The notes under the pieces were generated by a model that saw only the letters and a list, made by a program, of their open reading frames with translations, made no database searches and was not told the DNA's origin. From contig NC_091470.1 of the NCBI RefSeq assembly GCF_036971445.1, positions 217,372,001 to 217,436,000 on the forward strand: 64,000 bases of DNA, in the 5' to 3' direction. Positions 1-10,199 of the stretch are shown here, in pieces. Each line of letters opens with the position of its first letter. Position 1 is the stretch's first letter. Source of the DNA: Narcine bancroftii. Lineage: Eukaryota. Position numbers and translations under genes: made by a program.

Positions 1-311
1 TTATATGGCTGTAACATGACCTGCTGATTCATCTTCCCAACCTACAGAACTGCAAGGAGGGGGGAGATTGGTTTCAATAGCTGCTGAATGATAATCCTAA
101 ACACTGCCCCCCCTACCCCCCGCACCTCCCCTTCCCAAGGCCGCGGACTGCCCCCGACTTTACTCCCTGTGCACTCTCAACTGGGAGTGCACAGGGAGTA
201 AAGATCTACAAGTTTGCACTGTTACAGGACAGCTCTCAAACAATGGTGAGACAGAGTACAGGAAGAGTTTGATGGCCATGGGCTCAACATCTCCCTCAAC
301 GTCAGTCACAT

Positions 312-470
312 CCCGCACTGTCTGTACGGAGTTTGCACGTTCTCCCCGTGTCTGCGTGGGTTTTCTCCAAGGGCTCCAGTTTCCTCCCACCATTTGAAAT
401 GTGGGTCAATTGGAGGTAAATTGGGCGACATGGACACATGGGCCGAAATGGCCCGTTGCCGTGCTGTATG
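312..470 (+). mobile_element. HE1/V-SINE-type tRNA-derived SINE, 5' truncated
   Basis: V-domain gagtttgcacgttctccccgtgtctgcgtgggttt and a CR1-type tail ggccgaaatggcc...gtgctgta. Confidence 0.8.
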
Positions 471-623
471 ATTTTGGGAAACAGTGAGGTTCACTTCTCA
501 GTGTGGATCAAGTGGAGCTGATGGAGAAAGCACATCAAAGGCACTGTTTTCTCAGTGGCCTCAGGAAATGATTTTTTAGCTGCATCCTGTTCAGATTCAC
601 CCCAGAGGCATTGCAGCAACAAA

Positions 624-960
624 ATGTAACGGCTAATTCCTGGGACAAGAGGATTTATAAGAGAGGCTAAATAGTTTGGGTCTGTATTCTTTGGAGTTTA
701 AAAGAATGAGGTATAATCTTACTGAAAAATGTAAGATCTTAGTTGGAATTAAAAGGTGTTCTCACCAGAATCTTGAACCACAGACAAGGGCTAATCGTTT
801 TAAACTGAGGTGGATCACAGTTTCTTATTGCAGAGCTTTGTAATTTCCTGGAATTTCCTGCTCCTTGGAGAACTGAAGGCAAACTCATCAGATGGATATT
901 GCTAATTTTATTTTGGAAAGATTGGGCCATTCAGGGTATGGGGATTGGCGACAAGGAGGA
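624..960 (+). mobile_element. Degraded CR1 LINE 3' fragment
   Basis: ggctaattcctggga...ggagtttaaaagaatgagg resembles the intact CR1 ORF2 C-terminus at 56069-56656. Confidence 0.6.
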
Positions 961-1394
961 ATTAACCACATTCTTGATCTTCGGTCACATGGTGAAAGGA
1001 GGGGGGTGGGTTCGCTTTGGGGATCCCCTGGTCGGTTTGCTTTTGGGCCTGGCCAAGTTGGCCTCTCATGGTTCCAGACAGCAAACACTCGAGGGTTTGG
1101 CTCAGGTCGTCTGCCCACCCATCTTCCGGGGTTACACCTGTGCCCCTGCGTCTTGAGAGAAGGGGCAAGCATTGTCCTCGGGCATGGTGGGGAATTTCTG
1201 GGACTGGCGGGCGTCGGAGGAGCTCGTCCCTTCTGGATCGTGATGACTGATAAAATTTGAACGTGTCAATAGTGTGTTACCCTAGCATGTCCAGTGAGCC
1301 CTCTGTTGTTGGTGTGGCTGAACTGCACTGATTTATTTTGATAACTTTCCAATGAGCTTTTGAATTGTTTCACCACATAGTGACCAGAAAATTA

Positions 1395-3110
1395 GACAAT
1401 ATTATCAGTCACTGCAATTTCTCATAGTGTGTATTGCATAATTGTGACCCCACTGAGAGGTCTATCTGTCACCTGACCATATTCTAGATCCAGTATGGCC
1501 TCTCCTTCACTCAGCCTGTTCATGTACTGTGACAGGGATTCTTGGATATACCTGACAAATTCTGCCCCATCCATCCCTTTCATTAAAGAGATGGCAGTTA
1601 ATAATAGGGAAGTTGAAGTCTCCCAAAGCAGGAACTCTGTTATTTTTGCCACCATTTCAAAATCGATTTACTGATCTGCTCAGCAGATAATCCCTCTTCA
1701 ATGTCCTCCCTTTCTGCAACTTTGAATCTATCCCTGATGAGTAATGCTCTTGCTCCCCACCTCCCCACCCCTACCCAACCCCCACCCCCACCTTTGACCT
1801 CCCTTCCTATCCATTTTGAAACACCTGTCCTTGCATCAGCCAAAGTTCCTATAATGGCTACAACATCGTAATTCCACATACTGATCCATGCTCAAAGTTC
1901 ATCTACCTTATTCCTAATTCTTCTTGCATTGAAGTAAACATATTTCAATCCTTCCAACTAACTACATCTATGCTCCCTCCACTTCCTGTCTTTCCTCACA
2001 ATCTCATTTCATCAACCTTTCCACCATCTGCTCTGTTTTCTGCCCTAACATTCTGGCTCCCATTCCCCTGTCAAACTAGTGTAAACACGCCCCATCATCT
2101 CCAACAAACCTCTCCGCAGGGATACTAGACCGCTTCCTTTTCGTCCATATTGTACCTTCCCCAGAAGAGACCCAGGAACCTGAAACTCTGTTCCCTGCAC
2201 TAATTATACAGCCAAATATTCATCTGCTATATCATCCTATTTTTACCCTCTCTGGTATGTGGCATAGGTAGCAATCTTAAGACTACTCCCCTTGATGGCC
2301 TGTGGTTTAGCTTCGTACCGAGCTCCCTGTATTCTCTCCAGAGCCTCATCCTTTTTCCTACCTATTTCGTTGATTCCTATATGTGCCATGACGTTTGGCT
2401 GCTTATCCTCCCTTTTCAGGTACCCTGGACCCGATCTGAGATGTTCCTGACACTGGCGCCGGGGAGGCAACAAACCGTCCAGAGATCTCTTTCATGTCCA
2501 TGGAATCTCCTCTCTGCTCCTCTGACCATCACACCACTATCCTTTTCTTCCCCCTTCCCTTCTGAGCCACAGGGCCAGGCTCAGTGCCAGAGACCCAGTC
2601 ACTGTGGATTTGCTCTGGTAGGTTGTTTCCCCCCCCCTCCCCCCAAACCCCAACAGTATCCAAAGTGATTATTGAGAGGAATGATCCCAGGGTTTCCCTG
2701 CACTACCAACTTGCTTGCTTTTGCTTTCCTTCGCCTGACAGCCTCAGTGTGACTGCCTCTCTATAGCTCTTGTATATGAACTCTTCATTCTCCCGGAGGG
2801 GCTGAAGGTCATCGAGCTGCATCTCAAGTTCCCTAACTAGGTCAGTAAGGAGAGGCAATGAACCTTGTGCAGATGTAGTTATCAGGGAGATGGCAAGTCT
2901 CCCAGAATCCCCACCTCTCACAAGATGTACACTCCCCTAACCCTTCTCACTATTCCACATCAGTACTAACGTAAGGTCAAAGAATAAACAATGGTAAAGT
3001 CTCACCAGAAATTGACCTTAGTCGCTGCGTCTTCCCGCCAAAGCCTCAACTTAACACTCTAACTCTAACCCAGTCACATAATGGCCACTCCCACGATGGC
3101 GGCTCCGCTT
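1395..3110 (-). mobile_element. CR1 LINE 5' portion: ORF1 with SGNH-esterase remnant plus APE endonuclease remnant, degraded
   Basis: Minus-strand peptides LTDLVRELEMQLDDL (ORF1 coiled coil), QPNVMAHIGINEIGRKK (SGNH block, consensus-like VHIGTND), WNYDVVAIIGT and EGEAILDL (endonuclease). Confidence 0.75.
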
Positions 3111-3802
3111 ATACCCCCATCTTATTCAACTGTCCTGTCCTCGCACAGTCCCACTCCAACCCTCATTGAAACTTCAATCCCATTGAAATTTTATTTGAGG
3201 AAGGTTGGTCAAAAAAATTTGTATTATTTTAGATAATTTAGTTCAGAGTTAGTGATTTATTCTAATTGTGTGCAGTTCTTTACTCCACATGACTACCCTG
3301 GAGAGGGTGCAGAAGAGATTCACAAGGATGTTGGCCAGGTGGGAGTGTCTCTGTTATGAGGAGAGGCTGGACAGACTGGGTTTTGTTTTCCTTGGAGGCT
3401 GAGAGTGGCAGGAGTGGGGAGATCTTGATAGTTGCACAAAATTATGAGAGGCAAAGATGATCAGAAACCTCTGCTCACAGCAGAGCCATACAAGACCAGA
3501 GGCTGATAGTGAGCACCAAAGGTTTTAGTGAAAATGTTAGGATTTAGAAGTAAATTAATATAACCTTAACTTGAATTATTTAAACAAGACAAAATAATAT
3601 TTGGTAATTTTGAGAACAAAACATGCTTGTTTTTATTCAGTCTATTGTTTCATATATAAGTTTTGCCTCTGTTAGTTTGATACCTAAATAAAGATGAATT
3701 CATTCCTTTCCCTTCTGGACAGATGCCTTACTTGGGAAGTTTCAGATATTTCAGTTGTTGAATAAAATAGCTTGAAAGTTGCATGTAAATATTGTGGAAT
3801 TC

Positions 3803-4172
3803 TTTACTTCTCCTTCCACCTCTTCCCTTCCCCCTCTCATCCATCTTTCCCTTCTTCTCCAGCCCCTTCTCTAACTTCCTCCACTTCTCTCCATCTCTCC
3901 CTCTCATCCCCTCCACCTCCTTCTTCCCCTCTCCATCTCCCTCACCCCCTCCACCTCCTTCTCCTCACCATCTCCCTCTCATCCTCCTCTCCATCTTCTC
4001 TCGCCCCCACCACCCCCTTTTCCTCTCCGTCTCCTCATTTCTACTCACCCTCCCCAACTCCCTCCCCCACTACACCTCCTCACCCTCTGCACTGCAGCTC
4101 CCCCACTACACCTCCTCACCCTCCCCATAGCACCTCCTCTCTCCCTCCCCACCTCCTCCTTCTCCCCTCTGC
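3803..4172. repeat. Polypyrimidine (C/T-rich) low-complexity tract
   Basis: About 370 nt almost devoid of G on the + strand, ending about 115 nt upstream of the exon 4288 acceptor. Confidence 0.85.
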
Positions 4173-4287
4173 CATCTTACCATTTTGGGCCATTTTCATT
4201 CGAATTAGTGGACATTTCGATGTGTGTATTGAATATCTGTCTGCTCGCAGGATTATTTGTAACTTAGTGAAGCTTGCGTGATTTCAG

Positions 4288-4440
4288 GATGTGGAAAATG
4301 TTCAACACAGAGAGTCGAGAGGGTCACCAACACCCAGCTGCATTCGGCCTGCAAGAGTGGTGTCGTCCACTTCGGAGGAAGAGGAAGCCTTTACAGAGAA
4401 GTTTCTGAAAATTACGTGCAGATACATAACTCATGACAAG
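4288..4440 (+). CDS. OXR1: OXR1 internal coding exon (153 nt, phase 0-0)
   Basis: Acceptor atttcAG and donor AAG|GTaatt. Translates DVENVQHRESRGSPTPSCIRPARVVSSTSEEEEAFTEKFLKITCRYITHDK, matching my recollection of vertebrate OXR1 (VVSSTSEEEEAFTEKFLKI) rather than NCOA7. Confidence 0.93.
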
Positions 4441-4869
4441 GTAATTATTAACTTTTAATTTGAATTTATGGTGACTTTTAGCACTCCTGAAGCCAAATGA
4501 ACTGTACTTTAGGAGGCATAATTCTGTTACACATTGTTGGGCCTGTGGGGGAAGAAAAGTCTAAATCCTGACTCTTGCTTTGAAACACTCAGTTAATGCT
4601 GACGAAAATGTGAAATGTGTTTGAAAATAGTTCAGGTGAGGCCTAGTTGTAATGTAGGGATGTGTTTGAGCACCTTTGGTCTCCCTACTGCTGAGCAGCC
4701 AATAGATAATCAGCAACTTAAGGAACAATCAGGGCACTGTTCTGTCCCATTGTAGATTCTATCACATACAATCCTCAGATATATAGTGCTAAGAGCTATT
4801 CATATGTATGGCATCTATCATTCGTTATGCGAAGTACTCCCATCCATAGTAGGAAGGATATAGATTTAA

Positions 4870-5072
4870 TTTTTTTTGCTTAATTTAGAGGAGCAGCAAG
4901 GTAACAAGCCCTTATAGTCCATGAGTCTGCGCCACACAACTACACCCATGTGAACATTTAACCTGCAAGTCCTGTACATCGTTGAAATGAGGGAGGAAAC
5001 CCACATAGGCACGGGGAGAAGGTACAAACTCTTTACAGACAATGCCAGATTAGAACCCAGGTCGCTGGCACT
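4870..5072 (-). mobile_element. V-SINE copy
   Basis: gggaggaaacc...ggggagaaggtacaaactc is the reverse complement of the V-domain. Confidence 0.75.
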
Positions 5073-5074
5073 CT

Positions 5075-5990
5075 AGACCAGAGCATAAGATAGGGAGCCG
5101 AAGTAGGCTGTTTGGCCCATTGATTCTGCTTCGCCATTCCATCATAAACTGATCATTTTCCCACTCAGCCCCACTTCCCAGCCTTCTCCCCATAACCCTG
5201 TCGATTCAGATGCCCATCAATCTCTGCCTTAAATACGCCCGACGACCTGGCTTCCACAGCCCCCCATGGAAACAAATTCCATTCTCTGGCTAAAGAAATT
5301 TCTTTGCTTCTCTGTTTTTGAATGGGCTCACTTCAATCTTGACTCCTTTACCATGGGAAACGTTTGCCATATCTACTCTGTCCAGACCTTTCAGCATTCG
5401 ATATGTTTCTATGAGGTCACCTATTCTTCTGAACTCCAAGGTGTCCAGTGCAAGAGCACTGTCAAACGTTCTTCATTGGCAAATACCTTTATTCTAGGTA
5501 TCATTCTTGTAAAAGGGAGGCAAGGTTGGCACAGCGGTTAGAGCGATGCCTTTACAGTGCCAACGATCAGGACTAGGGTTCCAATCTTCGTTGTCTGTAA
5601 AGAGTTTGTACATTCTCGCCATGTCTGTGTGGGTTTCCTTGGGGGCTCCAGTTTCCCCCCACCGTTTGAAACATATTGGGGGTTGTAGGTTAAATGGTTG
5701 TAAATTGGGCGGCACGGACTCGTGGGCCGAAATGGCTTGTTTCCGTGCTGCATGTCTACATGTTTAAAAAAAAAATCTTTTCTGAACCCTCTCTAATGCC
5801 AGCATAAATAAGGAGGCCATCTTTTACCATGTACTCTACCACTGCCTTCTAAATCTTAAGCAACCATACTCTTACATCCTATTCCTATGGAGATGAATGC
5901 AAACATTGAATTCGCCTTCTTCATCACCGACAGAACCTGGAGGTTAATGTTTGTGATATCCTGCACAAGGACTCCCAAGTCCCTTTGGAA
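5075..5990 (-). mobile_element. CR1 LINE 3' fragment interrupted by a SINE
   Basis: Tail cataagatagggagccgaagtagg, followed by antisense ORF2 C-terminal sequence homologous to 56069-56755. Confidence 0.8.
5514..5775 (+). mobile_element. V-SINE nested in CR1
   Basis: tRNA-like head with A/B boxes (ggcacagcggttagagc, gggttccaatc), V-domain, CR1-type tail and an A-run. Confidence 0.8.
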
Positions 5991-6002
5991 TTCCAGAAAT
6001 AA

Positions 6003-6240
6003 GGGTGGCACAGTTGGCATAGTGGTTAGCGCAATGCCTTTACAGCGTCAGCGATTGGAACTGGACCTGGGCTAGAATCACGCGCTGTCTGTAAGGAGTT
6101 TGTACTTTCTCCCTGTATCTGCGTGGGTTTTCCCCAGGAACTCCGGTTTCCTCCCACCCTTCAAAAATGTACAGAGTTGTAGGTTAATGGGATGTAAATT
6201 GGGTGGCATGGATTCATAGGGCGGAATCGGCCTGTTACAT
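6003..6240 (+). mobile_element. V-SINE copy
   Basis: Head ggcatagtggttagcgc and V-domain ggagtttgtactttctccctgtatctgcgtgggttt. Confidence 0.8.
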
Positions 6241-7231
6241 TTAAGCTTAAATGCTACACTGACTGTGTGTGATGTTGCCTGGATTGACACATGATTTGAG
6301 GTGGGGGAAAATTAGACTGTTGTGGACTAGCTTTCCAAAGGTTGGTGCATTGTGGACTGAAGGGTCTGAGCTCTGCTGCAGTTCTCTGTTTCCTGTGTAT
6401 CAAGTTGTAGATCCATGGTCAACCTCTGGGTCTACTGGACTTGTTGGCATCAGCAATAATAATCAGTATTTCCTCTTTACAACTGGGCAAAGGACTCTGC
6501 CTACTGAATACTGCTCGGTAGGTCCTGCAAGGTTAATTGGTCTAGTGGTGGTAAACAGATTAACTGAGCAGACAGTAACCCAAACAATTGGGCTAGCCAT
6601 CCAGGGACACAAGTTAAGATGTCCCCTGAGCCTTGAAATTTGGAAATGGTCATTTTGTGATCACTTTTTCCAAAAGACTTTCCTACCATCAGACAAAGGA
6701 GCAGGAATAGAATATTTAGCCCATCAAGTCTGCCCTGCCATTCAATCATGAGCTAATTCATTTTCCCACTCAGCTCCAATGCCCGGCTATCTCCCCACAA
6801 CTGGTGATGCCCTGGCTAATCAAGAACTTAACAATCTCTGTCTTAAATACACCCAATGACCCGGCCTCCACAACCGCCTGTGGCAACAAATTCCATAGAC
6901 TCGCCACCCTCTGGCTAAAGAAATTCCTCCACATCTCTGTTCTAAATATTCTTGAAGTTATACCTCTTGTCCCAAACTCTCCCACCATGAGAAACAACCT
7001 TCCCTCATCTACTCTGTCCATGTCATTCAACATTTCAATATGTTTCAGTGAGATCCCCTTTCATTCTCCTAAATTCCAACAAGTGCAGGCTATGAACTGT
7101 CAAATGTTCCTCATATGATAACCCTTTCATTCCTGGAATCATCCTTGTGAATCTCCTCTGAAGCCTCTCTAACATTAGCACATTCTTTCTTAAATGAGGT
7201 GCCCAAAACTGCTTACAATACTCTCACCAAC

Positions 7232-7539
7232 TATAATGATGTAATGTATTATGCTGACTGCTTGCTATTGGCTATGACTGTAGATTGGCTCCACCCTACT
7301 GGTGTAATGGATGGTGCAACTTATCCCACGGGTCAGTAGAGGTGGCTTCTTCTGTTAATAAAATTGATATGCCATAAGCAAGGACCAAACTTATATCATT
7401 TATAGGCTTTTATTAACAGAAGAAGCCACCTCTACTGACCCGTGAGATAAGTTGCACCATCTGTTATACCAGTAGGGAAGAGCCAATCTACAGTCATAGC
7501 CAATAGCAAGCAGTCAGCATAATACATGACATCACTACA
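7232..7539. mobile_element. Foldback/MITE-like element with 132-bp inverted arms
   Basis: Arms 7232-7363 and 7408-7539 are reverse complements with few mismatches. Flanked by ccaac/ccaat duplication in CR1; right end ...actACA. Confidence 0.85.
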
Positions 7540-7663
7540 CCAATATCTTATAAAGCCTCAACATCACATCCCTGCTCTTATATTCGATTCCTCTTGAAAT
7601 GAATGCCAGCATTGCATTCACCTTCTTCCCCACTGACTCAACCTACAAGTTTACCCTCAGGCC

Positions 7664-7853
7664 ATCCCGCACAGGGATTCCCAGGTCCCTTTGCTATCCC
7701 GCACAGGGATTCCCAGGTCCCTTTGCTATCCCGCACAGGGATTCCCAGGTCCCTTTGCTATCCCGCACAGGGATTCCCAGGTCCCTTTGCTATCCCGGCA
7801 GGGATTCCCAGGTCCCTTTGCTATCCCGCGCAGGGATTCCCAGGTCCCTTTGC
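7664..7853 (+). repeat. Tandem repeat, 6 x about 32 bp, derived from CR1 sequence
   Basis: Unit atcccgcacagggattcccaggtccctttgct starts at 7664, 7696, 7728, 7760, 7792 and 7823. A single-copy homolog sits in the CR1 at about 5958. Confidence 0.95.
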
Positions 7854-7877
7854 ATCTGGAAATTTTCAATTTTCTCC

Positions 7878-8510
7878 AGTTGTGAGTGAGGAAACAGGTT
7901 TGGTAGGCCTCAGAGGCAAGGACTCTAAACACAGTTTTGATGTAGGGAAGGATTTTATTTACAGAAGGCAAGTGTGGGAAAATGGCAACTGATGCAGAGC
8001 GCACACATACACATACACACACTGAACTGGCACATACAATGATCAGGGAGAAATCACTATGATGCCCCGTCACCCCTTGACTCAGTGCAGGCACGGCTCT
8101 ATACACAAGGGACACTAATTAAACACTCCCAACCCTTTTCACAGTGCACATCTTACCAACAGTTTCTCCAGCACCCTTCCACATTTCTAGGCCTGGAGTG
8201 AAGCAGGGTGGTCCCATGCTGGCAAAGAGAGAGAACAAAGCACCTTTATAATGCTGGAGGGACAAGCCCGGGTCATTTACTGGGGGCCAATAGCTCAGTG
8301 GCAGGAGGGTTAATCTAATTACAACAGCCAATGGCCCAAGGCCAAGTACAGACAGGATGGAGAATGGAGTCCAGGTAATTTACATGAGTCCAACAGCTAG
8401 GTGTGCACTAATGGGTGGGGCGGAACCAAACCTTGATTGGCAGGTGGTGTGTCCTCTGACTAGGTAGGGGGCAGTGCTGTCACATGACAGGCACAACCCT
8501 TCCCAATACA
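7878..8510 (-). mobile_element. Solo LTR (about 633 bp)
   Basis: Minus strand starts TGTattgg, contains TATAAA and then AATAAA near its end. 5-bp TSD tctcc at 7873-7877 and 8511-8515, interrupting CR1. Confidence 0.75.
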
Positions 8511-8885
8511 TCTCCCAATTTAGAAAATGGACTCCCTGTTTATTTCTTCTACCAATGTGCATGACCGTACACTTTCTGACATTATATTTCATTTGCCACT
8601 TCTTTGCCCATTCTCCTAATCTGTCTAAGTCCATCTGCAGCTGTTCCCTCAACACCACATGGTCCCTGTTTCCTGACCGCTACCTGGTCCTCCACCTTCC
8701 TTCAGAAGATCCTCGAACTTGGCCACAAAGCCATTTATTCCATAATCTAAATATGTGATAGATAACACAAAAAGAGGCAGACCCAATGTCCTGTGAAAAA
8801 CCACTAGCAATTGGTGACAAACCAGAATACGATGCCTGCATTCCGACTCTCTACCTCACGCCAATCATCAAATGTTGTATCCCCG

Positions 8886-9132
8886 CTCGGTGCGCGGTTG
8901 ATATGGCAGTTAGTGCAATGCCTTTACAACACCTTCGATCGGGACTGCAGTTTGAATCCTGCGCTGTCCGTGAGGAGTTTGCACATCCTCCCCATGTCTG
9001 CGAGGGTTTTTCCCGGGGACTCTGGTTTCCTCCAACTGTTCAAAACATACTAGAGAGGTCAATTGGGTGTAAATTGGGCAGCTTAGACTTGTGGGCCTAT
9101 TACCATGCTGTCTAAATCTAAATAAAATAAAT
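8886..9132 (+). mobile_element. V-SINE copy
   Basis: tRNA-like head, V-domain gaggagtttgcacatcctccccatgtctg and A-rich tail. Confidence 0.8.
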
Positions 9133-9699
9133 ACTAGTAAGTTTCCTATTATATCACATGCTCTTTTCTTGTTGAGTAGCCTCATGTGTGGCAATTTGTC
9201 AAATACTCTGTGGCCTCATCCTTGACAATCAACTCCAACGTCTTCCCAACCACTGACGTCAAGCTAAACAGTCTATAATTTCCTTTCTGGGTGACATTTG
9301 CGATTTCCCAGTCCTCTGGGAGCAGGCCAGAATCTATTAATTCCTGAAAGATTATTTCCAATGCTTCCACAATCTCTACCACTATTTCTTTCAGGACCCG
9401 GGGTATTATAATTAATTATTCCTTTTTCATTGGATAGTAAGAGATTCAAATACTTTTTTTTCCTTTTTCGTTCGATAACATAGGGTAGAAAAAAATGTTT
9501 CTTAAGTACTCTTTTAATTCATTGATCACAATCTCACTGCTACTCTGCATTACCCAATCAATACGTACCCTTGGGTTTCATTGTTTGGTAGAACAGGGTA
9601 TTTTTTTAAAATAAAAATAGAAAATGCTAGACTTTGCAGGTCAGGGAGCATGTTTCAAAAAGTGAGAGGTTAAAATGTGTTAATATTCAGAGAAACCTC

Positions 9700-10180
9700 A
9701 TAGGAGATATAACATTACAGTACAGGCCCTTCAGCCCACGATGTTGTGCTGGCCAACATAAACCCACTCAAGAACCTAAACCTTCCCCAATTCACGCCCA
9801 CAATCCCCTATTTTACCCCTGACATCCCCCTGAAGTTTTTTCCCACCCCTCACCTAATGCAGATGTCTTCTGCTATTTGTTACAGTTGCCCTGTGAGAAA
9901 GGTGATGACTGTCCACCAAATCTATGCCTCAAATATCTTGTAGACCTCCATTAAGTCACCTCCCATCCTTCTTCAGTCCAAAGAGAAAAAGCTTTAACTC
10001 GGTTCACCTTACTTCATAACAACATGTTCTCCAATCCAGGCCACATTCTAGTAAATCTCTGCACCCTCTCCAAAATTTCCACATCCTTTCTACAATGAGG
10101 CAACCAGAACTGAATACAAGATTCCATGTGTGGTCAATCCAGAGTTTTATAGAGCTACAACATTACCTCACAACTATTGA
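9700..10180 (-). mobile_element. CR1 3' fragment
   Basis: Tail acagtacaggcccttcagccc and antisense RT C-terminal sequence. Confidence 0.65.
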
Positions 10181-10199
10181 ACTTTTGGGCAGTGTCTGA

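Larger units (their letters stand above)
6690..9400 (-). mobile_element. Fragmented CR1 LINE hosting several nested insertions
   Basis: Minus-strand peptides FRTEMWRNFFSQRVASLWNLLPQ, LQMDLDRLGEWAKKWQMKYN and LPEDWEIANVT..GNYRLFSLTSVVGK (CR1 RT). Confidence 0.85.

Noticed and set aside
3772-4281. Pro/Ser-rich ORFs (also 37639-38121 and 54653-55144)
   Set aside because: They are artefacts of stop-poor pyrimidine tracts and microsatellites.
5514-6100. tRNA genes at SINE heads
   Set aside because: The A/B-box regions run directly into V-domains and form no complete cloverleaf.
7664-7853. 32-bp repeats with an internal hairpin, CRISPR-like in length
   Set aside because: There are no spacers and no cas genes, the context is eukaryotic, and the unit derives from CR1.
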